Shown: positions 14,201 to 28,745 of the stretch, piece by piece | Layout of the letters: each line of letters begins with the position of its first letter | Numbering within the stretch: the stretch's first letter is position 1 | Source of the DNA: Lama glama | Taxonomy: Eukaryota | Reading direction: 5' to 3' | Length of the DNA: 64,000 bases | Assembly (NCBI GenBank): GCA_028534125.1 | Contig: CM052817.1 | Location: 68,636,001 to 68,700,000, forward strand | Program-made: the position numbers and the translations under genes | The notes under the pieces: generated by a model | What the model saw: only the letters and a program-made list of their open reading frames with translations | Told to the model about the DNA's origin: nothing | Database searches by the model: none

Positions 14201-14539
14201 AGGCTGAATAAAATTTTTTAAAATAATGATTACAATATGACTCCTTCCTCTAAATTAAACCATAAGAATGACTCAGAGATGAAAAGTTAAAATCTCCCTC
14301 TCCTCCCATCCTAGTCTGACCTTCCAGAAGTAACCACTATTAGCAGTTTCTGTTTTCTTCTGGTGGCTAGACTTTTACTTAATGTAATTAACTCTTCACT
14401 ATGCAAGATGATATAATTAACATATTTCCCATTTCCCTTTTCCAACTCTCTGACTTTTATTATGTATACTATATTTACATTATCAAATTTTTATAAGAGA
14501 TAAAAGAAACATTCACTCCTTTCCTGAACACAAAGCAAA

Positions 14540-14970
14540 TAAAAAAGTAAACTTACAGTATGACTATACAGCAATTAAGCTCTAATGAGAAAAAAGTAGG
14601 GAAGAGAAGAGAGAATGTGGGGTACCAGGTTGCCATTATACATATAGTATGAGCAAGGAAGGCCTGGCCTCACTGAGGTGACATTTTTGCAGAAAGCTAA
14701 AGGAAGTGGAAAAAAAAACCATGCACCTCTCTGGGAAACGTGTGATTCAGAGGGCACAGTAACAGTCCTGAACTGGGTGAATGTACAGCAGTTAAATCAA
14801 AGACAAAAACGCAATGAAGCCACTGTGCATGCAGTAGAATGAGCAAAGGGTAAGGTTGGTAGGAGATGAAGTCTCAGAGAGAGCAAGAAGCCAGATCATG
14901 TAGGGCCATCTAGCCCACTGTAAAGCCTTTGCTTTTACTCTGAGACAGATGGGAAGTGATTGGTACATTG
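14540..14970. mobile_element. L2 LINE fragment
   Basis: ggaaggcctggcctcactgaggtgacatttt...agccagatcatgtagggcc...ttgcttttactctgag. Confidence 0.7.
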
Positions 14971-15861
14971 CTGTATTAAATTTAGTAAAAATTCACTGTT
15001 GAATTAAGTAGAGAAGGAAATACTAATCTAAGCCACCTAACCCCTAGCTCTCAAGAGAAAATGTCTACCATCAGGATTTAATGGATACCGTATTTTTGTA
15101 ATTATAACTCTATTCATGAAGATCATCATTATCTACCATCATTTTTTATACCTCATATTATTCTTTTTGTGTTTTTTTTTATTTAGCTAGAATACATTCA
15201 TGAGAAAAATTTTCATAAGGGTTGCAGGAGTAGACATTTTAAACCATGGCATGTCTTAAATGTGTTATTCTTGTCTTTAAACTTAGAATTTCTCCATGGC
15301 CTTCAAGTGTTCTTCATTAATTGTGAGAAGTCTAACATCAGTCTGATTCTAATATTGTTGTAGATATCCTGTTATTCCTTTCCGGAAGCTTGCAGGATTC
15401 TTTTTCACTTTATCCTTAGTCTTACAAATTTTAGCCTAGTATGTCTAGAGTGTGGGCATTTGAGAATTTATGCTTGTAAGTAGCAGGTATGCCCTTTTAA
15501 TCTGAAGACTCACATGTTCCATTAACACAAAAACATTAACAAGGGAAAGTTGATTTATTATGTCTTTGATTATTATCTCCTTCTACTGTATCTTTTAGTT
15601 GGAACTCTTAGGGGACAGATGAAAATTGGATTTATTCTCTATATCAACTTTCTTTTCATTTCCTATGAACACGGCCTTGGCTCTATTCTATTCTTTAATT
15701 TCCAAGAATAGAGATAATTACAAAATTTCCTGTTCTGTTCTCTAGCTGTTCCTTTTCAATAGATCCTGTTCTTTGGTTATGAATATATTATTCTTTTGAG
15801 TCTCTCTAAAGACAATTATCAGAATTCTTTTAATTCAGGAAACGAAAAAGTATGTTATCTT

Positions 15862-16247
15862 TTAAAATTGAAGTATAGTTGATTTACAATGTTGTGTTAG
15901 TTTCAGGTGTACAGCAAAATGATTCAATTATATATAATTTAATATATGTATATTAAATATATAAACAATAAATAATATTAATACTACTATACCATATATT
16001 ATATATTAGTATACTATATAATATATAAAACTAAATGTTATATATTAATAAATATAATAATTATGTTACATTATATTTAATATATTATATATTTAATATA
16101 TTTAATATATTTAATATATTATATTATTATACATGTAAAATATAAAATATATATTTATGTTATATATTACTATATAATATGTTATATGCTATTACAATAA
16201 ATAATAATAAAAATAAGTACACATGAATATGTATAATTGAAAAAATA
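15862..16247 (-). mobile_element. Short L1 3' end plus expanded AT-rich low-complexity tract
   Basis: attgaagtatagttgatttacaatgttgtgttagtttcaggtgtacagc then about 300 bp of TA-rich sequence; flanked by tatgttatctt direct repeats. Confidence 0.7.
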
Positions 16248-19200
16248 TATGTTATCTTCATTTCCTCTGGGGTAAATTTTTTTTTTCTCCTTTGGCTCTC
16301 TCAAACTATTTTTTCCATCAAGTGTCTGGTAGTTCCTGGCTGTCATATTTTTATAAAGCAATAAGTGGATATCCTCCATGAAATGTGTAAAAAAGAAACA
16401 ACAAAAGTTACTATTTATAAAGAATGCTTATTTACACTGATCTGTAAACTATTTCTCTTTATCAAATAGTTCCTCCCATATGAAAGTGCCACAATAGGCA
16501 GTCTTGAGCAAATTAGAAATGTGTGAAACAAGTATAATTTATAAAGTTTTCATTAATATCTGCAAAAAATAAACCAACTATGTAAAGGGAAAGATCTAAA
16601 TTTTAAAATAACTACAATAACACTGACATGTAAGTGTCCATGAAAGAATTCAAATTTCTCCTCTCTTAAAAACTTAATATTAACTAGCAAATAAAACATA
16701 AGCTCATTTGCTCATGAGTAAATCTCTCTTGTCTTCTCTCTGCATCTTTCTCTGTCTCTGTCTCTTTTTCACACACACACTCTTTTCACAAAATCTTTTA
16801 AAGCTGATGCTGTATTCAATTGTGACACTAGAGGACCTCAGTTGCACACTATTTCAATAAGCTGTCTCATGAAACTAAAACCAAACCTTTAAAATGACTT
16901 TTCCATAAATAAGTTCTCAAACAGATGAAAACAGAAGACTGAATCTTCTACTTTCTCTACTTGCTCTTGCTAATTGATTATAATGTATAATTGGAAAATA
17001 TTTGCACATCAAAAAACACATTCTTGCTATTATTGAGCTGATGAGCATTTACACTGAAATAATTTTTTAAAATTCAAACATATAAAGCTGAAGCTCATGA
17101 TATACCTTTTCTTAGCCATTACTTGACACTATATGTGAATTACATTTAAGAAACTCTACTCTTCAGATTAAATCAGACAGTAAATCAGATTTGCTTTTCT
17201 GACCTTTTGTGCTCTTAAGATTTAATTTTTTAATTTATTTTAAAATACAAGGTAGAAAGGAGAGAAAATATAATGTTATTTTCTATAATGAGAAGAAAAA
17301 ACAATCAGTATTTATGGAATTTTGTATACTTGTTTGTTTTTAAAGCTATATTTAATATTGTCAAGAACTTAGATTATGAAATCTTTTTAAAAATTATTTT
17401 GAAGTAGCTAATGTAATTATGATGCAACAAAAAGGGAAAAATTATATGCCCAACAATAGTATGTTACAGTTTAATTGAATATGGACTTGAGAAGGAGAGC
17501 TAGGATAAAGAGAATGGGATAAACACAATTTAAAAAAAAAGCTGGAAGGGACCACAGGATCTTATTCTACACAATTTCCAAGTCAGAATCTTGTTAATAG
17601 AGAAATCCATCACTAACGTGGAAAATATAAATTAAACTCCAAGTCAGAAAACATTCTCTTTTGAAATTACTAATTACTACTGTTACTCCCATAGACTGGG
17701 AAGGTAGCATTTACTTTGTTACCATTGTGCCTGACACTCTGAAAAGCTTAATGAGCCTAAGAACTCTTGGTGATATAAACACATAGACATGACCAAAGTA
17801 GCTTTCTAAAACAATACAACTAATAATTTCTGATAAAGCAAGGTTTTGAGATACTTTCATTTATATTTAAACTCATCAATTAAGTGGCTATGAGCTGCTT
17901 GATACCTGCATGTTTTCAGGTCCCTGTATTGTTAGGCTTCATGGAAACCAAGAAGAATTGATCTCTAAAATTAAGAAGCCTACAATATAGTTGAAAATAC
18001 AGATTCATAAACTGATAATTTTAATAAGTTGAATTCAACAAAAATTTGATATAATTATAATTCAATAATTAAGTTAGAAGATGATAATTAATTACCATTT
18101 TCCTCTGCTTTAAGAGGAAAAGAAAACAGAATTTATTACATTGGGGAGAACAAAAATCATAAATCTTGGGAAAGCAGATAATTAAAAATTAAAAGAGAAG
18201 AAAAACATCACTACCACCACCACCATCACCACCAAAAACAAATGTTGACAATTTCTAGGCATGAGTCATCTTGTTTGTATTTGGATTTTGAACATGGCTT
18301 AATGAATTTCAAATCTATTAGGTTAGGATAATACCTATTTTTTGTTTATCCCTTTCCAGATGTATTTCAAAGAAAATTTACACTGTGTGCTTCTGATTCA
18401 TTTATCTGTAGCAGTTTAGCTTAGTTGATTAAAACATACTGAGGCCAAGATCATGGCTTTAATATCTACAAGATTTGGTTAGCTTCATATGCTCCTTGCC
18501 ACAGATTTCATCAAACTGCAGTCAATATCCTGAAATACAGATAGTTTGCCACAAGACATTGCTCAACCTCTGCTCACTCAAATCATCTTGATTTTCAACT
18601 ACAGTCTCCTATGCTTCTCTGTTTCCCACTCCTGAGGATCTGCTGTCTAATCTCACTGAGAACTTGAGACTCCTGTTCTCTAAGCCCCCTCTGTTACCTC
18701 AAGCTGCCTCTTTTTTTTTTTGACATCTTTCTTTATTCTAGATCTATTTTATCACTTCAATAATGTTTTTTTCCAGGATCCTTAATGGCTTCTCTTCCAA
18801 TGGCTCTACCCCTGGTAGGACCGCATGCCTCTATATTGACAGCAGATAGCTGCAGGCTTATTAATCGCATGGTAATAATTTCTGTATAGGTTTGTCTCTC
18901 TCACTGTACCTTGAGGCTGTGGTACTTGAGTACCTTGAAGCTTATTCAACATGGAATCCCTATGCCTATCATAGTACCTATGAGATAGATATTCAACAAA
19001 TACGTATCAAATAATAGGTGTTCAGTAAGTGTACACAGTGATATCCATTCATGGTGCAAGAGGGTGCAGATAATAAGATCAAATTAATCAACATTAAGGA
19101 AATAATAGCTCAAAAATGTGTATTATACTAGCAATGGAGCAACAGTGTTAACTTCATTTATAAGAGAGCATATAATCCTTCAGTTTATTGAAAAAAAAAA

Positions 19201-19564
19201 CTGCTTAGGTTAACACAATGGCTAGCCCCCTGCCCAAAGTCCTCACTTGCTGAAAATACTCTTCTCTTTCTAGTCTTTTATTTACTGAAAGAAGAATGCA
19301 CCACCGTATGGTGAGTAATATGATAATCTTATTAATATCTGACTAAAACTAAAACTTAGACTGAGTTGTTAAGACAGATTCCTAATATTTTTCTAGTGCG
19401 AAAAAACCAAAACACTTGTTAGTATTTGGTATTTGAGTTGGGTTCATATTAAATCTGCATATTATCTAGGGGAGACAACACCTTTATGAATTCGAGTTAT
19501 TCTACACAAGAGAAAAGGATGTGTTTCTATTTGCTCAAGTCCACTTAAGCATCTTTCAGAGTTT

Positions 19565-19745
19565 TTATTATTTTTAAAGTTTTATTGAGGTATAATTGAT
19601 ATACAAAAACTGCACATATTTAACATATGAAATTTGATGAGTTTGGACATATGCATACTCTCAGGAAACCACCACTATAATCAAGGTAACAGACATATCC
19701 ATCACCTTCAAGTTTCCTTATGTCCTTTATGTGCGTGTATGGTAA
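19565..19745 (-). mobile_element. L1 3' end fragment (L1MA/MB-like)
   Basis: tttattgaggtataattgatatacaaaaactgcacatattt...atttgatgagtttggacatatgcatac. Confidence 0.75.
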
Positions 19746-19846
19746 GAATAATACATATACAAAAATACATAAGAAAACACTGGAAAAAAGTCAACAAAGG
19801 GGACTAATTGTGTCAGATTTAAGCCATACCAAAAGATTCTCTTTTA

Positions 19847-19902
19847 CAACCCAAATGTTCATCAGTGTATGAAGAAAGGAAATGAGGGGTATGTGTGTGT
19901 GT

Positions 19903-19934
<32 letters not shown>

Positions 19935-20490
19935 ATTACTCAGAATACTATTTAGCCTTAAAAAACCAAAGAAAGTCCTGCCATTTGTGACAACATAGAT
20001 GAACCTGTTGGACATTATGCTAAGTGAAATAAACCAGACACAGAAGGACAAACACTGTATGATTCCATTCATATGAGGTATTTAAAACAGTCAAACTTAT
20101 AGAAGCAGAGAACAGAACTGTAGTTACCAGGGGCTGGGGAGAGAAGAAAATCGGAGTTGTTCAATTGGTATAAAGTTTCAGTTATGTGAGATGATTAAGT
20201 TCTAGAGATCTGCTGAACAATATTGTGCCTATGGTTAACAATACTGTATTGCACAATTTAAAAATTGTTAAGAGGGGAAGATCTCATGTTAAGTGTTTTT
20301 ATCACACACAAAAATAAAAAGGATTCAAGGAAACTTTTGGAGATGATGGATATGCCTATTCCCTTGATTGTGGTGATGGTTTCATGGGTGCATGCAATGT
20401 CTAAACTTATTAAATGCATATGTTAAATATTTGCAATTTTCTTGTATATCAATTATACCCCAATAAAAATGTTGAAAAACAAATTAAAAT
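19847..20490 (+). mobile_element. L1 (L1MA/MB-like) ORF2 end and 3'UTR with internal (TG)n microsatellite at about 19891-19934
   Basis: caacccaaatgttcatc...gccatttgtgacaacatagatgaacc...gacattatgctaagtgaaata...caattataccccaataaa. Confidence 0.85.
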
Positions 20491-22399
20491 GAGGAGAAAT
20501 TCCTATCAGCCTCAAACCACCAGTACTTTTCAATATTTGCAAAGTTTCCAAGAAGAGATGTTATTCAGATTGCAAGAAATTGAGTCTCAAGAAAGAGAAT
20601 AAGAGGTCAGGGTTGTTGAGATAGATTTGGAAGTAATTCATATATAGGTGGTAACTAAAACCACACATGTTATTTCCTCAGATCCATAATCCATGATATT
20701 TCTAAGGGCCATTCCACAAGCCAAAATATCCTTACAGTCCAGCAAGCCAAAGGAGGAAACACACTTCTGGATTCTATGAGTTCAAGATGTTCTTCCACCT
20801 TATAAAACCTGATCACTCCCACAGAAATTTTCCTTTTGGTCTAAAACTTTCTTTACTTGGCATCAGCCTGAGGTAAAATGTTAAGAACGAGGAAACACAG
20901 ATAAAATACAGCTAGCTACTGTGTGATTTAAGAAATGGAGTGGGAAAATAAAATACTAATGATTAACATTCAGATAACAAAACAACTGTATAACTCTGTT
21001 ATCTTTAACCTAGCTCTCCTTCTGTAACTTCAAGACAAAAGAGTTCAACTAATACAGAACTTTTAATGATTCACTGGTTTATAAATACAGAATTTGGAGG
21101 GGAGTATTTTCAGTGAGGAGTTAATGTCCTTAAGGCTCTTCGCTTTTTGATACCTTGTTAAAAATATCACAATATTTAATATCAGAGAAATTTTTTCTAA
21201 AGGAAAAAGAAAACAGGAAAGCTTTTGGAATTGAAAAAGGAAATAACTCATTTCATTACTGACACACATGTTTTAGCCTAAAAGGATATCTATCTATACT
21301 AAATTTAAGAATTAATTTGCCTCAGATTCAGATGTTTTGAAAAGGAACTCACAATGATTAACTGCTTACTTAAAGATTATTTTGTGATAGGTCTAAAAAA
21401 AAAATCAGTCCATCTGTCCATAAGTTGTTCATAAGTTGTGAGACTAGACATATTTCACAATTCAACTCTCACTCCAAAAAAAACCAAAGTTGAAAGCTGT
21501 AAGTTTGGAATGTGATTAATTCTCAATGGGATACAATAAATTGGGAAATTAACTTTCCAACTTGAATACTATATAACTTTCCTTTCTCAGCAGAAAATTA
21601 ATTTGATAAGATCAAAATACATATGGAAAGCATAGTCTAGTGGTTTGAGGTTCAGCTGTAAAGCCAGGAGACTCTGTCACTGATTTGCTATGCTTGGAGA
21701 ATGTTCCAATTTCACTCTGCCTCAGTTTGCAAATTTATAAAGTGGGAAATATAACACCAAACAGGGCTATATGTAGACCAATGAGCCATTATTGGCCCTA
21801 GAATAGAATGCTGACCGTCTTAAAAGCAAAACAAAACAAAGAGTCCAAGTCCTCCTCAAAAACAAAACAAACAAACAAACAAAAAAACTCAAAAAACCAA
21901 AAAAAACCCCAAGGTCTTTATAAGAAACTACATAGTACCATTTTGTCACTATTACATATGCATATATTTCTATAAAATATTAACAAAGACTGTAAACTCG
22001 ACTTTCCAATTATTTTCATGACACAGTGAAATCAGAAGAATGATTTTCTTTTTTCTCTGTGAGAATAAAACCACCATTTGTTAAGCAGGATTGAAAAATC
22101 TCAGAGTGAGTTGGGTACATTTCTGAGCCATCAAGGTTTTCTTCTCCAAAGAAGCTTTACTATGCTTGCATGGAAACTCCACAAATATTTCTTACACCAG
22201 AGTTACTGATACTGGCAGTGCAAACACACTGGGTAATAAGTTCCACTTCCCATGACCTGGCAGCATTTTGGATGACATAAAGCTGTAACTTTTCTCTAAG
22301 ATAGATAGAACTGATGATGGTTCATATTTGGTTGGATCGGTACTCTAGTTCATTCCAAAGTTTTTTTAATTAAACTTAAATTTCTTTACACATTACTGT

Positions 22400-25300
22400 G
22401 TGAACAATACTGAACATATTTCTACTACTATTCAGGATTTTTATTTGAGACTAATTCACATTGTTTGTGTGGACCAACAGTTTAGATTTTTAAGGCAATC
22501 TGTCACCTTACCCACAAACCATCACGACAGTGAATAGGAGATGGCCTGCCTTTTATGCACTTGTGCAGTAAAATGTCTGCATGATAGCATACTACAAACG
22601 AAAGCTTGTCAAAATGAAATGTTCAGTTCAATGCTGTGTTGGTCTGTCTTAAGCAAATTAGAAGAAATATGATGAAAATTTCCTATTCTATTTAATAGAA
22701 GTTGAGGTGATACAGTAATCCTGTTTTGATTAAAGAATCCAAAAATAATCAAAATTAATTTTAATTATTTTATTGGCCTTGTAAAATTCCTATGAGACAT
22801 CATAGAGAAAGCAGAACAAGACGACGTAACACTTTAATAGCCAGGGCTTTGTTCTCAAACCTAATGTAGAATCTAGGGAGCATTGCTTATCCACATAGCT
22901 CCTGCTTCCTTGGCCAGGTCACCTGAATGAGTCAGCTCTATTTCTCTTAACCTTCAGCTAGAATCACAGTATCATAATACAATGATGGAAGGGAGATCAC
23001 ATTCATTATAGTATGCTTTAGAAGAGAGAGTAAGAAAAAGCCTTTACTCATAAGAGGAGATTATCATGGATTATGAATGTAATAAACAATTACAATATAG
23101 CATTTTTGAATTTTTACAAGAGGTGTATGATGTAAACTACATCATCGTGCTCCTATAAGAAAGTAATTGAAATATATGGCTGAGAAGGCCAAGATAGAAT
23201 AAGAAATCATGAACCCCATGTATATTCTTTTATTGTATATGCAGTTTTCATTTCTCCACTCTATCGTATAAGAGAACCCATTTTGCCATGAGTATACCAA
23301 CAGATTTTTGTCATAATGAAACCAGTTTTGCTTGCTTCTTTGGCTGTCAAAGAGAAAGGATTCGGTTCTCTGGTTTCCAGCTTTATAAAAATGCCAGATA
23401 ATAAAGAAATCCCCACAGAGCCATTAAGATAGTCTGATAATTAGTGGATAGGACTCACTGCACTCGGAAATTTAAAGCAGCTCATTCTCTCAAAAGACTG
23501 TGCTTTTTGAACAGCACCTGTCACAAAGGCAGATACTGGAGTACTGTTGCTCTAAGAAATGCCACTGTGAGATGAGTCCTTTTAGAGGCACAGTTCACTT
23601 CTTGTGCTATACTGTGGTCATGGTTCCTGACTTTAGTATACACTTGTTCTGTAAACCTTAGATCATTCACTAACTAGGCCTAAGAACTTTAAAGTTACAT
23701 ATGAAAAGCACATAGCAAAGTAACTAGAATATGATATGTGTTTAATACATAGTGTCTCTTCCTTTTTCTATTCCTTCTGTTTATTAATATGATTAAATGT
23801 TTTAAATTTTAAAGTTCCTCACTTAAATAATGTCCCAAAGCTCTTAAAAGTGCTGTTAATGTTAACTTCTTTAACTCCATATACATACATATCATTTCCT
23901 CAGTATATACCAAATGTATAGTATATCCTATTTAAAAATGTAGAGAGCTCACTTAGATAAAAAGCTTCTGAAAATTTTTGCCCATTAATTATTGACATAT
24001 TTTTAACACTTATATTTAAAAGACAAAAGGAGAAGTTATAACTAAACACCACTGACTACTGTCTTAATTAGTGTCTGTTAAAGTCAATTTCTGTTAATAA
24101 TAAATTTTTGATAGAGGTTTTGACATGTTACCTGCTTTTGACACCATAGACAATAATCACTTATGTGCCAAACTAAACAAAAATATTATCTCACAGTTTT
24201 TAACATTCCTCAAAAAGTCTTTAGGGAAATACTATCATAAGATTAAGAATAAGCAAAAATAGCCTGCTCTGTCAGGGCAAAAATCTGTTTTGAGAGAAAA
24301 AGACAAAAAGCCAAGGATAGTCCTCCCGTTCTTAGCCTGAATAGCTTTTTGGTGAACTAGTTGCATGACTGCTGACATTACAGAGAGAGGTCCTTTTACA
24401 CACTGATGATATAACTATCCATCTAGAAACAGCTTCAAGAAATTTTGGCCAATTATTATTTGAAAGAACTCTTAACCTTTAATTATGCCAAAAACTGAAA
24501 TCGTTTTGGAGAGTATAGTGACATCCAGATGAATAATTTTAAAGAATACCTTTCGACAAGTTAACTCTTTTAGGTATCTGGGGGATAGTTTTGCAGTTTT
24601 GACCAGTTCACCCTTGCAGATTTGCTCAAAGTTTAAAATTTTATGGGGTATATATTTGGCTTATTGTATGACAGAGAAGGACATTTGACAACTTCCACTC
24701 TCAGTTTTGTTTTCAAACAAAGATAATTTCTCCCATGTTTTATTTTGCTGTAGACTGGAGCTCAAATCAAGTACATGTTCAAGCAATTGATCAGATCCAA
24801 TCTTGCTCTCTTAAAAAAAGTTCCTACCCTGCTAGCAATTATGGCTGCANNNNNNNNNNNNNNNNNNNNNNNNNNNNNNNNNNNNNNNNNNNNNNNNNNN
24901 NNNNNNNNNNNNNNNNNNNNNNNNNNNNNNNNNNNNNNNNNNNNNNNNNNNNNNNNNNNNNNNNNNNNNNNNNNNNNNNNNNNNNNNNNNNNNNNNNNNN
25001 NNNNNNNNNNNNNNNNNNNNNNNNNNNNNNNNNNNNNNNNNNNNNNNNNNNNNNNNNNNNNNNNNNNNNNNNNNNNNNNNNNNNNNNNNNNNNNNNNNNN
25101 NNNNNNNNNNNNNNNNNNNNNNNNNNNNNNNNNNNNNNNNNNNNNNNNNNNNNNNNNNNNNNNNNNNNNNNNNNNNNNNNNNNNNNNNNNNNNNNNNNNN
25201 NNNNNNNNNNNNNNNNNNNNNNNNNNNNNNNNNNNNNNNNNNNNNNNNNNNNNNNNNNNNNNNNNNNNNNNNNNNNNNNNNNNNNNNNNNNNNNNNNNNN

Positions 25301-25700
25301 NNNNNNNNNNNNNNNNNNNNNNNNNNNNNNNNNNNNNNNNNNNNNNNNNAAGCACCCAATTTGGTGATTTCTGATAACCTGTCTACCTAAAACAGTTTCA
25401 TGTCTAAGTTCTAGGGACTAGGAGCTGGCAAATCTGCTCTACGCCTTAATGCCATATGAAGACTATATTAAATAATCACTTTCTACCTCACTGGATCACT
25501 TGATCTTCCAAGAGGAAGATTTACTCTAACACACTTAAGAAAAAAGTTAGATGCTAAGCAGTTTAGGTGATTTACTGCTAAGGGAGCAACATATTCTAAC
25601 ACCTTATGGGTGATATTTTTATACTGGCCTTGTTTCCTGTGACTTTACTGAATTCACATATTAATTTAAAGAGTCCTTTTTTAGATTCCTTAAAATCTTC
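22400..25700 (-). mobile_element. Highly decayed non-L1 LINE (RTE-like) reverse-transcriptase relic
   Basis: Minus-strand peptide remnants in RT order: KG..CKNY-like (about 24590-24620), AKEASKTGFIMTK (23344-23306), KEYTWGS (23230-23210); no intact ORF. Confidence 0.4.
24850..25349. other. Assembly gap (500 N)
   Basis: Run of exactly 500 N, probably a placeholder length. Confidence 1.
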
Positions 25701-25889
25701 TACATAAACAACTATACCATCTTTGAATAGAAATAATTTCCAACTCTTCCTCCTCCTCCTCTTCCTTCCTCCCCTTTGTATTCTTCCTTCTCTTCTTCCT
25801 CCTCTTTCTTATCTTTATTTCTTAGATTTATTTTTCTTGACCTATTTCATTTCATTTTATTTTAACACTATATGCCTACATTGCTTGCA

Positions 25890-27430
25890 TTTTTACCTAC
25901 TAGCCAACAAACAACTGGAAAATAAAACAATTTTATCTATAGTCACATCAAAGCATAAGACACTTAGGAATAAAGACAGCAAAAGAGTAAGAACATGACA
26001 TTGTAAACTACAAAATATTGCTGAGAGAAATTAAAGAACACTTAAAAATTTGGAAAGAAGCAACATACTCATTTATTGGAAGACTCAATATTAAGCTGTT
26101 AGTTGTTCCCAGATTGGTCTGTAGATGTAATGCAATCCCAATCAGAATATCAAAAGACATTTTTAGAGACTGAAAAGCTTATTATAAAGTTTATGTGGAA
26201 ATGCAAACAACGAAGGATAGCTAAAGCAATCTTGAAACAAAAGAACAAAGTTGGGAAATTTCTATTTCCTAACTTTAAGCTAGAGTAATTAAGACAGTGT
26301 GGTCCTGGCATAAGGACAGAAATATAGATAAATGAAACAAAACAGAAGGCCAGAAACAAACCCACACTCACATGACCTTTTAATTTTCAATGAAACACTA
26401 AAGCAATCCAATGACAAAAGAAAAATCTTGTAAACAAGTAGAGCTGGAACTATTGGCAAAAGCTGAACTTGAACACCATATACAAATACTACACTGAGAA
26501 AGATCAAAGATCCACCATAAAATCTAAAACTATAATGCTTCTAGAGGAAAACATATGAGAATATCTTCATGACTGGGAAGGAGGCAAAGGTTTCTCAAAA
26601 AGCAATAACCATATTCAGGACACACTCATACATATATAAGTCATCAGTTCTACTGCTACATACATACCGAGGGATATGAAAACATTTGCCTACAAAACAG
26701 ACATACAAGAACATTCACAGCAACTTGTTATAATAGTCAACCTGGAAATATACCAGGAGTTCATGAACAGACAATTGCTAAACAAACCATGGCATATTTA
26801 TAAAATGTAATACACCTCAATAGTAAAAAGGAATGAGTTAGAATACATGAAACCACATAGATGACTCTCAGAAACATTAGGGTGAGTGAAAGAATAATTA
26901 CACAAAAGGGTACATACTGTATAATTCTAATTATATAAAGTGTTAGAATAAGCAAAACTAATCTAAGGTGAAAAAATCAGAAGAGTGGTTGCCTCTGGGA
27001 GTTGGGAGTGGGATGAACAGCAAAGGTCTACTGGGAAAGTTTATAGGATGATGTAGTGATCTAATCCTGATGTATTTTGGGGAGATGTATACACTTTTCA
27101 AAATCCATCAAATGATATACAAGTTTTTGTACTCCACTGAATATAAATTTACCTAAAAAAGAAATCATAAACACGTACTGAATTATACTTAATGATATAC
27201 CTGCTGAAAGATTTATGGATAAAGTACACTCATGACTCTGATATGCATTAAAATAGGATGAGTTAATGAGCAGACAGTGGAATACGTGATAGATATGTGA
27301 TATGATATGACAGATATGTGATAAAACAAAAGTTGGCAAAATGTTAATTGTAGAATACAGATATATTGTATAGCTCTTTCAACTTTGTTATGTTTAAAAT
27401 TTTTTATAATAAAATACTAACCAAGAAAAA
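25890..27430 (+). mobile_element. Old L1 (L1MC-like) ORF2 3' half and 3'UTR, fragmented
   Basis: ORF-track peptide ...EKLIIKFMWKCKQRRIAKAILKQKNKVG is typical L1 ORF2; 3'UTR motifs follow. Confidence 0.85.
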
Positions 27431-28419
27431 AAATAGGGTGATATAAAGACATTTTCAGATGACCAAAATCTGTAAGAATTTGTTAGCATCAGAATTGCAC
27501 TAAAAAAATTTTTAAAGGAAGTTTTTGAGGCTGAAAGAAAATGATGCCAGATCGGAACCTGGATCAAAACAAAACAAAAGGTTCAGTAAACAGCAAATGT
27601 ATAATTAAATACAAGAACTTTTTCCTTGTTTCTCAAGGTCTTTAAAGAAACTGTTTAAAACAATCATAAAAAAACCAATGTATGTTCAGATTTATAATAT
27701 ACATAAAAGTAAACATAAATTGTTAAATGTATGACAACAATACCCAAAGGATGGGAGGACAATGAATAGAAGTATATTCTTAAGAGATTCCTACATTATA
27801 TATGAATTGGCATATTAATTCATGGAAGGCTGTGATACATTAAGGATGCATATTGTAATCCCTACCATAATCATTTTCAATTCAACTCAAATTCAATTCA
27901 ATTCAAATCATAATCAATTTTAAAAAAGGTACCACAGAATAAAATTTAAAGTGTTCCCTTAAAGTTAGTGCAACTCTTAAATACAAATTTCCTGAGTTCA
28001 TTTACTAAAGTTTTCTCACTCACTGAAAGAATTAATTTGTATTTAACAGGAGGCAAAACAATATGTCAATGAAAAAATGCTATGACAGTTGACCATTCAG
28101 GCTATACACACAGATTATTTTTTTTAAACAGAAAGTTTTCATAGGCAAAAATAATTTCCAACACACATGATCTATCATTCTCATATCACCCTGCTATTAA
28201 AACAAAAAACAGTCTTTCAAAAGTATATAATTCCTACCTCACTAGTAAAATTAGAAAATGCAGGTATTTCACCTTTTCTTTTGAATGTGTTAAAATAAGT
28301 AAATGATTCTTAAAAATTAAAAGCCCAGTATTTTTCATTCCTTTTCCCAATGATTCTATCCATTTAAACCAGACGAAGCATAGATTATCTTCCTCCACCA
28401 GTAACTTACCTTTTTAGAT

Positions 28420-28745
28420 TAGATAATCACCAACTGCCCCATGGCCAGATTTAACCCTTTACTTTGTTTTGTTTGGATCATGGTGTTTTAAAACTTTTCA
28501 ATTACTTGAAAATGATTAGAAATTCAGAGATTTCACATAAGAACCCAGATTCTGAGTTCTTTTGAAAATGTGAAAGAGATGGTAACACCAGGACACATTC
28601 TCACAGGCAACAACTAGGGCTGGAGCTGAGTATCAGTTGCCCCTTTTCAATGTGTCATCTGTTTTCCTATTTAACCCAGTTTCAGTTCAGTGAACTTCAT
28701 TCACTTAAATTATGTGCCTTAACGCAAGTGAGTTTATAATCTGTT
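28420..28745 (+). mobile_element. MER102-like hAT-Charlie DNA transposon relic
   Basis: gagatttcacataagaacccagattctg...ggcaacaactagggctggagctgagtatcagttgcccc. Confidence 0.7.

Noticed and set aside
24735..25374. Long ORFs (175-210 aa) in the ORF track
   Set aside because: Artefacts of translating the 500-N gap
25723..25998. Hydrophobic signal-peptide-like 91-aa ORF
   Set aside because: Derived from a (CCT/CTT) low-complexity tract running into L1 sequence; TTG start
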